NCBI GenBank assembly: GCA_043228905.1
Contig: JBHGNT010000006.1
Span: forward strand, 3,472,001-3,536,000
Direction of reading: 5' to 3'
Origin: Azolla caroliniana
Lineage: Eukaryota > Plantae > Polypodiophyta
Length of the DNA stretch: 64,000 nt
Part shown: in pieces, positions 26,293-37,154 of the stretch
Layout: the number at the start of each line of letters is the position of its first letter
How positions within the stretch are numbered: position 1 is the stretch's first letter
Notes under the pieces: generated by a model
Database searches by the model: none
The model's input: only the letters and a program-made list of their open reading frames with translations
What the model was told of the DNA's origin: nothing
Program-made: the position numbers and the translations under genes

Positions 26293-26750
26293 ATTCATTG
26301 TTGTTTGGTCTTCTTCCAATTCACCAAAGCATCTTCAATCCTGGGTGAATGATGGTGCGATGTGAGCCCTAACGGAGATTGTAAGTAAGCCCTAGTATTC
26401 AAAAAGAACTATTTGTTTCCAAGATTACTACTTATTGACGAATATATCCATATACTTGCAACTACACCTTAACCTCTAAACTCTAGTATTCTAAGACATA
26501 CGGCGTGGTGGAAGGTATCTATACCTTCGAATTCGAAATATTTCTGCAATCTGACTCCTCAAGGACATTGATATTTTGTAAGGAGAAACAACAAAGGTCC
26601 TTAGGAAGGAGAAAAACTAAGAAAACGGGGATCGAGAGAAACTTTTGAAAACAACAAGAAAATAAGAGATAGAAAGAAAGATAGATAGATAGATACCTGG
26701 GAGGTGAGGGACAGAGATCGAACACCGCGTCTGAGAAAGCTTGGAGACAT
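12992..26750 (-). CDS. IVD: Isovaleryl-CoA dehydrogenase, mitochondrial (413 aa, 16 exons)
   Basis: Exons 26750-26697, 24513-24445, 24150-24067, 23898-23841, 23757-23633, 23556-23512, 23435-23387, 20263-20154, 19948-19872, 19404-19354, 18931-18867, 18766-18612, 16441-16401, 15179-15125, 14274-14218 and 13138-12992 sum to 1242 nt in one frame. Translation: [18 protein letters not shown] (Arg/Ser presequence)...[17 protein letters not shown]...[17 protein letters not shown]...[10 protein letters not shown]...KLGMRGSDT...[13 protein letters not shown]...[30 protein letters not shown]. These are plant IVD motifs, including the catalytic Glu in LDLER. Confidence 0.96.
17078..17372 (-). mobile_element. 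5'-truncated LINE 3' end (same family as 20790-23008) in IVD intron 12
   Basis: The reverse complement aligns to 22745-23008: the last codons ([23 protein letters not shown]), the 3' UTR ttgttctcaaagacgagacaaca...gatgtaatctcttgtttggtcttata.gccattttggcctcttaaaagacgtt, and a (TTTC)n-type tail. Confidence 0.85.
17385..18380. repeat. 248-bp tandem repeat, 4 near-identical copies
   Basis: Unit agacaaaagtaacgtggactgacgcaaggg...cagtccatatctgt starts at 17385, 17633, 17881 and 18129. Only a few substitutions separate the copies. Confidence 0.97.
20790..23008 (+). mobile_element. Decayed 5'-truncated non-LTR retrotransposon (RTE/RTEX-like) in IVD intron 7
   Basis: Frameshifted RT: [51 protein letters not shown]-terminal [18 protein letters not shown]...C motif; (TTTC)n tail at 22991-23008. 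Clade assignment is from remembered motifs only. Confidence 0.88.
24833..25024. repeat. Perfect 96-bp tandem duplication in IVD intron 1
   Basis: tgtcttcaataccttc...gggaagatcact starts at 24833 and at 24929. Confidence 0.95.
25148..25747. mobile_element. hAT-type MITE (600 bp)
   Basis: Ends TAGCAAT...ATTGCTA; 8-bp TSD CAATTTGC at 25140-25147 and 25748-25755; degenerate AACCG/CGGTT subterminal motifs; no ORF. Confidence 0.85.
26194..26290. repeat. Compound (AC)n/(AT)n/(ATAC)n microsatellite
   Basis: Seen directly in IVD intron 1. Confidence 0.95.
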
Positions 26751-26884
26751 TCTCAACAGAAAGTGTTAGCGAGACAACAGAGTATGCCGGCCCCTTAGCT
26801 AAAGAGAACGAACAAAAAAGATCATCATCGTCCTCATCCTCATCCTCACCCTCATCTCGTCGTTGTCATCAGATTTCCTTCGGC

Positions 26885-26921
26885 ACACGTGGCAGGACAC
26901 GTGGCAGGACGCTGACATGGC
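26885..26921. promoter_or_regulatory. Tandem G-box/ABRE elements in the IVD promoter
   Basis: ACACGTGGC at 26885-26893 and 26897-26905 (12-bp spacing) plus TGACATGGC at 26913-26921, 135-170 bp upstream of the IVD ATG. Confidence 0.7.
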
Positions 26922-29724
26922 AGTACTCCATTGGTCGTCTTCAAACATAGCGCCAACTAGGTGTGGCCATGGCGACAAATGGAAGTGGTCCCGCCAGAAC
27001 AATTTCCGATGGATGGATCGGCGCCTTCAAATTTGGTATCATTTGGTAACGCTCGGGTTACACGTAGCGGAGTGAATGATGATGCAGTTGGATCGCTCCT
27101 TGGGAAAGAAGAAGGTAGGTAGCTTTATGAGTTGCTCGATGAGGACCAAATCTGGGGTTCGGGAACCAAGTTTCAAAGGGAAAGAAAGCCTTATGAACAA
27201 GGGTGTGGTGTTGATACGATGACAATGTCGTGATTGCCGAACACATCTTTAATTAATGGACCCATGTTGATACTTAGAGAGTTCATTGGTTGCAAAAAAT
27301 AACTAGGGCTTCAAGGGATTAGGCTTGCACGTCATAAAGTTGGAGTTTGGTTGCAATATTCCTTCCTTTTTGCCTTTATCTTGGTCGGTCTGACAATGTA
27401 GATTGTACTACATATGTGTGAAAGTTAACGTGGCATCAAAGCTATGTTAGAGATTCAAACATGTCTTCGGGATGATGTTGCCCAAGATTCAATCCCATAG
27501 AGAAGCACCAGTGTCATCAATGTGACAAATCTCTCAAGTACACAACATTTCTAGGTTTTACAAAATATTGTCTTTTTATTACATGGCTATGGTATTGTCC
27601 ACATCGATAAAGCATAAGTTTGTTTGTTTGTTTTTTCCCAAAAAAATATACTACAACATGTACCAAAGAGCCCTTTTTTTTAAATTCTAACCGTTGGCTT
27701 AAATAAATACTTCGGTGTAGAGTAGAACCACTCCACCTTATCAAAAATTCGTTTATAAAATATGCATCCGTCCCAGATGGTATGAAACTCCAATCGCTTG
27801 AGCTCCGCATGTTGCAGATTACCTTTTATACTATTCAAAGAACCTTTAAGATTATGCACAATCTCTGTCTAAATCCCAAAAATGATGTAGGCAAGTCTTT
27901 CAATCACATTTTGAAATTCCTTCAAACATCGAGCCTTCCATATATACTAAATTGCAATACTACTTACCAATTGCCATATTTGAGGTACAAGATAAACCAA
28001 TAGTATATGAACAAGAGGAGGTTGCATATGCTATTGCTATGAGACGTCGTTTGATGCAAAAAACATTGATATCTTTGAATCCACAAATTGAGACTAATAA
28101 AGCATAAGTTGTGCAATATATGAAAAAGTACTTGACAACCTCATGGGGTTGGTTTATTGTGGTAACATCTTTGACTCCAATCATCATGGTCTGGACTTCA
28201 GAAATTTGCGATAGATGCTATGTTTTTGTTAAGTTTTCTCACATACTAACTATGATATCAATGATGCGCTCAAGTTTCTCATCCTTCTTGGCCTCGTAAA
28301 CCAATTAAGAACTTGAGAATCTTCACTCCTTGTGTGAGCTCACCTTGAATCCAATTGTTTTAATCTACTTGCCCTTGGATCATACAGTATGTGGCTCTGC
28401 CATCATCTTCTTAATGACAACAACGAGGTGATGTGAGTAGAAGAGGGTTTGCCTCAAAGTTGTGTCTACCATCAAGTTTGTTGGGAGTTGACATTATAGC
28501 TTCTCGCTTTATCTCCTCACGCTATTTATTGCTAAGTGTTTAACTCCACTGAATACGTGCATTAATCTTATAGTGTTTATCTTCGCTCATTAATTAGATT
28601 TCCTTCTCTTCTTATATATATATATATAAGAGTGTTGGTTAAGCATATGTGTTCTGTAACTACGTTAATTTTGTAAAAAAGTGACGAGAGGTTCATTCAG
28701 ACAATTACCAAAATCATGCATATATTAAGAGTGATTGATGACCACTCTTACCCATCTCGATAGCAATAAGGTATACGTTGATATAATCCTACATCACAAA
28801 CTACCATAGGAAGAACTTTGTCAAGTAAGATGTCAGCTTCATGTGACACACCTAGAAACCATATATCTAATTTAACCCCATTATCAAAAATGAAAATCAT
28901 TGCTCGAAGTTAACATTCAATGTTGTTTAGTGAGCTCCACAGCTCCCAAGTGAAGCGAATGTGTTGTTCAATGAGAAAGCAACCTAAAAGAAGAGGGGAT
29001 GCTAAGGAAGTCTTGACATTAGAAATAAGGGGCTAAATTAAGGTGTTTAGATAGCTAGCTACCCTACAAATTCTTTGGTATTTGCGCAACTTTTAGTTTG
29101 TTTTTCTTTATATATTTCTTGCTTTTTTCCTCGATTGTATGATTAGATGCTAATCATTTGATCCTCCAGACCATGAAGATGACAAATACTTGTCAAGAGT
29201 TCTAGGAATTGAAAGATTCCTTCCAATTTTGACGATGGGAAAACTTAATGTACACCCAAACATCTAACCTCCATGTGCCATGACTCAAATGGGAGCATCT
29301 TTGAGTAGGGTGGAAGGATTAGCAAACAAAATCCCCAAGAGAAATATAGTTGTAATATAGATGACAAGCATATTATTGTTCGGATATGAAAATTGTTACA
29401 AGCTTTCTTTATTACTTGTTTGTGGCATATTGTCTTCTTCATAATGGCTCATATTTTCTATATTAGGTGCTACAACAAAAAAGAAGCAAAAAGTGGATCT
29501 AACACAAACTTGTACTATACTCTCTTTGTTTGTAGAGAGAGGGGGGGGGTTATTAGAATGCCAACTATTCTTCTTCCAGAGGCATTCTTTGCTTTCCTTT
29601 TTATTTATTATGAAGCAATGGTTTCATGATTTGGTTGTTCTCCAATACTACAAATCAATTGTAATCATCGTCGGCTTTAGGTTGTTTCTGCTTATTTTTT
29701 AATGTTTTTCTTGCGTTGTAACCT

Positions 29725-32700
29725 TCAAACATTCTTCACAATATCTAGGGGTATTCCTCCATTTTCAACAATGTGATTATTGTTATCAAGATGAACAAAG
29801 AATGATGGACCATAAGTGATCCAATCATAATTTAGCTCTCCAACTTTAGCAGTCACTTGCCTGTAAAATAAAATTGCTATTATAAACTTAAGTGATCTGA
29901 TATCGGAATGACATAAAATTATTACACAGAAAAAAGATTCTCTAAGATGAAAATTTAATGCAATGATTTTCTTTTGCGTAATCTAGGATTGATATAGGTT
30001 TACATGCGTAGGTCATTCCATTTGTTTTTGACAATCTTGGACTAATCAAATGGGGTCACAGTATGATCCATATGTATCATACATGCACTCGCATTCGAGA
30101 ATGTTTCAATCATTTGAGTATGGTAAACACCCTCGAAGTATGGTAAATACCATAGTTTTGTATTCATTATTTATTATAAGGTAATTTGTTTTTAAGGTAA
30201 AAAGTGTAAAAAAAACATAAGAATGTTTTGATAACATACGCATTCGTATGAAAAAGAATGTTTACCAATGCATTCAAGTATATTACGTACTATGAATGGG
30301 CTAAGTTGGTCAATTTTCTAATGCAGTAAAAACCATAGATCCACAACAAAATGACAACTTCGAACAAAGAGAATATGTTTACATACCATTCTTGATCCAA
30401 AAGCATTTCGTGTGTGAGGCCAAATGCCTTGAGTTCTTCCCGCGAATGATGTACTAGCAAGCTATATCTGCCATCATCCACATACGTAGAGGTTACCACA
30501 TAAAACATTGTATCCTCCCAAAATGCCCCTGAACATTTCTTTATTTCCACAGTGCCACTAGGTTTTCGTTATTTCTCCAAATGCCCTAGGTCAACCCCCG
30601 TTCAAGCAATTAGAGAGTCAATTCATCCCCTTTTCCTCAATTATATGTGCTACTTGGGCAACCATTTGGTCATTTTGTCCCATGTGACTAGGGCTTTTGG
30701 AGGAAGAATGAAGCCATAGGGCATTTCGGGAAAGAAAGAAAAACTCGGGGACTTGGGGGTATTTCGGAGTTTTTCCCATGAACGAATCTTCTGTGTCAAA
30801 GAAAATGATCACCATTCCAGCTCTCAAACACAGAACTACGGCCATTAGAGAACACTTCGAACAACAAAAGCAATTCAATGATCAACATTCAGATGAAATA
30901 CCGACTAAATGCCCAAGACATCTAAACACTGTAGTAACTTCTTTCTCCACTCATGAGTTATTCTAGAATCCGAGGATGTAACCTATAACGCTAACCTATC
31001 CGAATGCATGTGTCACCAGCAAATCAAGGTAGGAAAAAACTTGCAATATCCATGCCTCTCTCAACACCCAAAAAGGGGTATACATTTACAATATCATCAT
31101 TCGAGAGGGAATTGACTAAGAGGATTTGGGGGAAATGATGAATATCCAAGGGCATTTGAGGAAATAAAGAAAAACATAAGCGTAATTGAAAGTGATTCGA
31201 TTTCTAATCACGTTTATGCTATTCACCATGATTGATTATCAATACTATACATATATACACATGCTTGCATGTGTCGCGAACTTAGTTTCCAAATAATGGA
31301 GGTGAACTACTCTTTTTTTGTTGCCATTGTCTCACTGTTCCTTTAAATCATAGCAGGACAGGCAATTCATATAGCTAACTAAATCAAATCTACTTACCTT
31401 GACCTTTGCATACAACATTTCGGAATAAGTTGTTCGATTTTAGTTGCATGTAAATTTAATGAGTATTTTACGAACAAAATAATCTTAAACACTGAAGCAA
31501 AAAAGTTCTGATTAATGTGATTAACAATAGAAAAGCAATTCAGGCCAATATAATTAACATGAACTTTATAACAAGAAGATATGATTCACAAATCTCACGG
31601 TTAGAAATCCACAAAGATTTGGGTAAACATGGATGAGAACAGACAAAATGACATTACTTAATGCACACCAATATTGTTCAAGGTAAAAAAACGAAGATGA
31701 GATAAAAGGAAATTGTTTTCTCTTACCTTCCACCATTGCCAAGTTGCATGACAAGCAATCCTGTATTGGTAAAATTATGTAGTCCTTCAAACTGTTTTAC
31801 AGTCCACTTATACCATCGCGTAAGAAAAACTCGTAAAGTAAGCCCATGAGAAACGAGAACTAGATTGATGTTTTCAGACCTCGTCCCTGGGGGCTGGAAA
31901 CGGCCAATATCAATATCAGCTTTCAATGTTTCTCTAAACCCTGAAATCCAATCGATCATGTAAATGTTAAAATACACCGTCCTTATACACTGTTTTTGCA
32001 AGAAACTATGTGAGGATTTTCTTTTTTCTTTTTTCTTTCTTACCAGTAATTCTATCATATACATCTGCTGCTGATTCACCATCAGGAAATCTGTAAAAGA
32101 AGCGGCCATACCGGAGTCGTACTTCCTTCTCTTTCCGCATTTTTTCTCGGTCTTGGAAGTTCCCTGTACAATAAGTAGTTTCCATGGCAATCATTTCAAA
32201 ACAGCTAATGCTGATGATTAGGTGCTACATTAGTTATATCAACATCATTTTAATTACTATGCCCAGATGTGATTCATCATCACTCACTTATATGTTCTCT
32301 CTATTTCTTTGTGTATCATGACTTAAACTTTGTATTTAGATATATCCCACTTCAATTGTTATTTCCAGCTGTCAGTAATAGACATTCTCAATTTATGACA
32401 TGCAAAAGAGTTTAGGGTTTAGGTTTTATGGGAACAAAAGTAGCCACTTCCATGTTTTCCTTGGTTTAGGTTAACAAAAGTGATTACTACTTTAGATTTT
32501 GTGGTTAGGGTAACAAACGTGGTCGCTTCCTTTAGAGTTAGTATTTTGGGTAATAGAAGTAGCCAAGTCTTCAGGGTTTAGAGTTTAAGGTAACAAAATT
32601 AATCATTTTGTGCGGTTTAGTGTAATCAAAGTAGACATTTTATTGATCATTCAGGTTCGACGTGTAGGGTAACAAAATTAGTCATTTCCTTGTAGTGACA

Positions 32701-33343
32701 ACCACAATTAAGAAGCTAACCACAGTTAACCATCATGGTTGAGCAAATATTAGTAGCTAACTATATTAAAAGATCCAGAAAAAATAAGAAGATAAATGAA
32801 GGTAGAGAGAGTGTGTGTGTTATGTGTGTGAGTGGAAAGATTTTGAACCAACTTACCAAAATCCTGTTCTCTCAATCGAGGTTCTTCTCGGACACCGACA
32901 ATTCGATCTCTTTCAAATGCCATACCGATACCTTTCAATGTCTGGAGAGTTCTTTTATACGGAGAAACATAGAAATATACTCTCCAATCATCACAACCAT
33001 CACTCTCTATGAGCTTCCTTATATCTTTCCCACAATTCACAGCTTGATTCCACCCAGTTTCTGTGAGGGAAATCTTGTTATCAGGGATCCTAGTATACGC
33101 GCTTTCGTCGACATTTCCTTCGCTCTGGCCATGGCGAACTAATATAATGCGCTTTGGCCGGAATGGGCGCTCATGATTTAATGGAGGAGGGAGAGGAGGA
33201 ACATCAGCAGAGCATTTGATGCAGAAATTGTAGAGCTTGAGTGATGATCTGCTGTTGTGATTGTGATTAAGCCCACCACCACTATGGCTGGAGCTTAACC
33301 TAGTGAAGCATGAGCTTGAGGAATTGCTATAGCAAGCCATCAT
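29725..33343 (-). CDS. Phosphoglycerate mutase-like / histidine phosphatase, AT74/AT74H family, with a probable plastid transit peptide
   Basis: Exons 33343-32857, 32163-32044, 31940-31727, 30467-30387 and 29860-29725, GT-AG with consistent phases. Motifs: RPKRIILVRHGQSEGN, YVSPYKRTLQT, EPRLREQDFGNFQ, FFYRFPDGESAADVYDR, LVSHGLTLRVFLTRWYKW, YSLLVHHSREELKAFGLT. The N-terminus is Ser-rich. Confidence 0.93.
30560..31178. mobile_element. Probable long-TIR (Mutator-like) MITE remnant in intron 3 of the AT74-like gene
   Basis: Inverted arms gttttcgttatttctccaaatgccct (~30562-30587) and agggcatttgaggaaataaagaaaaac (~31149-31175); inner pair agtcaattcatcccc and ggggaattgact. TSD not resolved. Confidence 0.45.
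32408..32700. repeat. Degenerate ~40-bp minisatellite with TTTAGGG-like heads
   Basis: About 7 copies of (g)gtttag..g(g/t)aacaaaagtag.cacttcc in intron 1 of the AT74-like gene. Confidence 0.7.
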
Positions 33344-36300
33344 GAAGAAGGGGGAGGGGGTAGGGATGGAAATGGTGATGGTGATGGTGATGGTGATGGT
33401 AATGAAAGCAGAGGAGCCATGAGACCTTGCAAGTTGCAACTGGATGATGTCTGTGTCTCTGACATACACACACAACAGATAATGCTACATACAAACTACA
33501 GTATGCACCATATACATATGTATACATATGTATGTATGCTGTGGTCAGATTGGACAGCCCACTTGCTTAACATTGAAAGGCTACAAGCTGTGTTTCATGG
33601 CCCAAAGACCATATGGACCCCTTTGTGTCGAGCTTATGGTCCTCGATCGTCCCCCCAAGCATCATGCCCTGTTCGTGGGCCTTTCTCAGGGATCACCATT
33701 CTTATCGTGTTTCCGTCCTGCCTTTTTTTGGGGTTATCATGTGTGAACAAATAAACACTTTGGCAAGGGCGGTTTCGGCTCTCATTGGTCAGACAATGGA
33801 TTGAACACAAGCTTTCGTGGGTTTCAATTCCGTGTCATTTGCACACCTAAAATGCATCTCGATGGTCACGCATGAAAATGGGGCGGTTCAAGCGTTTGAT
33901 CGTACCGTATTGGATCAAGAGGGCAAACATGTATTACAAGTGTGTCACTGACGAAGACTTGACTCATGTGTATCCAATCAAATTTGTGGCCTTTCCTACC
34001 TATTGACCATTCCACTTTTTGTAAGCTTTATTTTCCAACTTTATCGTTGAAAGATGTCTTCCATTGTGAGTGTGACCTTAGTTGTTTTGACATAAGGAGC
34101 TTCCCCCAATGAGTCATGGCATATCTAGATAGGTTTGATGGCAATTAGGAGGGTTCAAGGAGTAAGTTCATTCATGCCTAACTGTTTGAAACATTACAAG
34201 CTTCTCTTACGAAGCAAAACATGCTTAGCTCATCTATAAGTTTCTCAAAACTTAGGGGTATCACGATGTCCATCTAAGGTCAATATGTTACAATATATCA
34301 AAGCTTCTTTGGACAAGGCATAGTATATGTAGGTAGCTACGTGTGGGTAAAGGCATGGGGAAGGGGAAATTTCGTGGTGGTCAATGACCCATGTCCTATT
34401 ATTTGGTGACTTCTTTCTTATACTAGTCATTTTCTTTTGGGGTCATAGTATATAGGGTTTGCCAATGCTATTATACAATGAATAAATAACTTAAAATATA
34501 TAGTTTTCTGAATTTAGATTATGATTTCACTACCAATTTTGGGAAATGAACTATGTATGTGATTGCCATATCCTGACTTGGAGTTTATGTGTCATTTATG
34601 TTGAGCCATTGAGTGGAACATGACATAGAGCAACTTTTGACACCTTATTCAAATACATATGCCATATTGGATAAGACTAACAAATGTATTGCCATTGCCT
34701 AATTCAAATATGTCATAAGAAACTTTAGTGGTCACCAGATGACTCCTACTTAGGAACGTGCGATATTATTGGGATTATCATTGTTGGGGCTCTTTGGTTT
34801 CCATTTAATTTCATCTACAATGAATACAACTCTACGATTGTTTAACTAGATACATGGGCGATGTAGTTTGTTCATGTTTGGCTTTTGGTATTAATTATAT
34901 CATCTCTAAATACCATTTGATGATTCAAAATTGATCAATGCATACATTTGCAAACAAATGTTACCGTCATAGTCATTGTTTGTACCTGTATATGATTCAA
35001 AAAACTTTCAATGACTTGTCTCTATGAAACTTCCATTTATGAAGATTTCGGCATGATTTGTCATTAAAATAATTATAACAATCAATGAGGTAAGATATGC
35101 GAGCATTTTTTTCTTTTGTGAAAGATGACCATTCATACCTACGAAGTTTGCACCTTCTAGAAACAAATCACTTATTTTTGGGTACAAATTCCTTGTCATA
35201 TGCAAGTATATGCAAGAAAATGGCTTTAACGATGACTCCACGAATGTGATGTCCTAGTTTTGTCCTTTAACCCCTTTTAGGTCCCTTCTGGAACAAGGAT
35301 CCACCTTTTCCATGGCAACCTTTTTTTGCATTTGAAACTTGTACCTCTCGCGATTCCCATTGATTCTACCCATGTGCTTTCATTTGTGTTGTGAAAGATT
35401 TATTTGTGTGGGATAGATTAATTACTCGTTAAAAAAATTATTGTAGCATTGTTTTTACATATAAGGCTTTCTTTTTACGTAGAACGCTTTTGTAAACTTG
35501 TTCTATAACATAAGTTTTAATTTCTCATTTATGCTTCAAGATTACATGGTAAAATCATGCATAAAAATTCACAACCCGAAGAAAGTGTATTCATGTTGTT
35601 TGCAACTTCTAATGATGGAATTGTTCACAATTGAATGTGAACATAAGAGATACACATACTTTTTTATTTGCATGGTTAAGCGCACAAATGTGAAGCTATA
35701 AAAGGATGGAGCAAATGATCATGTTGTCTACGTCTCAAATGAGATTGTTTATGATTTCAAAAAAGTTCCATAAGATACACCAATCACAATCAAGTGTGGA
35801 CCCATAAGAAACACATCATCATGTTGGCTCTTGTTCACTTCATGGGTGATGCAAGTTCCATTGCATAATCTAATGCATCGAATTTATCCATTAATAATGG
35901 ATTTGTAATGACAGTATAAGAGAGTTCATGTTTAGTACGAATTCTAAAACAACATGATCCTTGTTAAATGAAAACAAAGATTGTTGAGGTAAGAAGCTCA
36001 ACCATTCATAGTGTGTGAACACATGCACGAACATGTACATCATAGACAACCTCCCACCGCACACATTTGTTATAAAATTGTAACCACCCTTCTCATATGT
36101 AAGAGAATAATTGTTGTAACCAATGTAAAGGATATCTCATATCCCACCCACTCCCATCATGAAAAGTAATGAGAACGTAGACCTATATAAACCAAGCCCA
36201 CTCTCTTTCATAAAGTGTTGATTGTTTAGCAGTGTTCTCATTATAAGTTATAATATTTCCCCCCCTCTTGCTCAATATAGTTTTTGGTGTATAAAATTGT

Positions 36301-36397
36301 GTGTGTGTTGGTTGTCTCATAGGTTGCAAATGGTCTCCCACACACACAATTTCTATTTATTTTATTCTACGATAACTTCCTATCTAGCTATCCGATT

Positions 36398-36953
36398 TAT
36401 TTTTTTATTTTTTTATTTTTTAAAACTCATTCCATTAGTTATAAAAGTTTACAAATGAGATTAGTATATACAAATCCCTGTAGGGACACGATAGGTCCAT
36501 CTTATGTGGATGCCCACCGACTCAATAAAGGGGGAGGACGACCATTGTTGGATGAAGGCTAGTCGTTGTCTTTCAACTCCATCAGAGTCACCCTTGAGGC
36601 CATTATATTGGCTCTTTAGAGCGGCTACCACTTCACTCCATATCTCTTGCATTAACACTATTGGCTGCACGGTTTGGTTGGAGAAGATCCGTCTACACCG
36701 TTGTTTCCATAGAAACCAAAGAGTTATTGGGTTGACCAATTCCAACACAACTTGAGATTTGGCATTGATAGGAGTTGAGTGGACATTGTCGATGGGGGAG
36801 AAAAAAAACCTCTCGTGCTTTTATAACCAAAGTCATCCCCTCTTCCTGATTCTCATATCTATGAACCGGGACCTGCCATGATAGCCAACATACATTCCTC
36901 CACTTGATTGAGTCTTGCACCTGGCATAATTGCGATAAGCGGCCAACCCCTCA
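36398..36953 (-). mobile_element. 5'-truncated L1-type LINE 3' fragment
   Basis: ORF 36461-36748 (ITLWFLWKQRCRRIF...EIWSEVVAALK...RLAFIQQW...RWTY) parallels the C-terminus of the adjacent LINE (FTLWYIWKARCLKVF...DIWFALISCLR...RLRFWQKW...RWNY). A-rich tail at ~36398-36421; degenerate TSD ctat(cc/at)gattt. Confidence 0.75.
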
Positions 36954-37154
36954 ACTATATGATTTTTTACACAAATTACTTTATAATATGGCATAATTTT
37001 GGAGAAACATATTATAACAAGGTTGTTTGTATTCAACTTTGAATGTTGATAATGGAACCATGAGAAACACATAACCTTGCTTGGGTAGAAGCCAAAATTG
37101 TTCAACCATTATTTGTACATGTATTATACGAAACAATATTTGTGAATCGTGATA

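Noticed and set aside
26325-26368. Possible 44-nt poison exon in IVD intron 1
   Set aside because: It has AG/GT borders but weak splice signals, and exon 1 joins 24513 cleanly without it.
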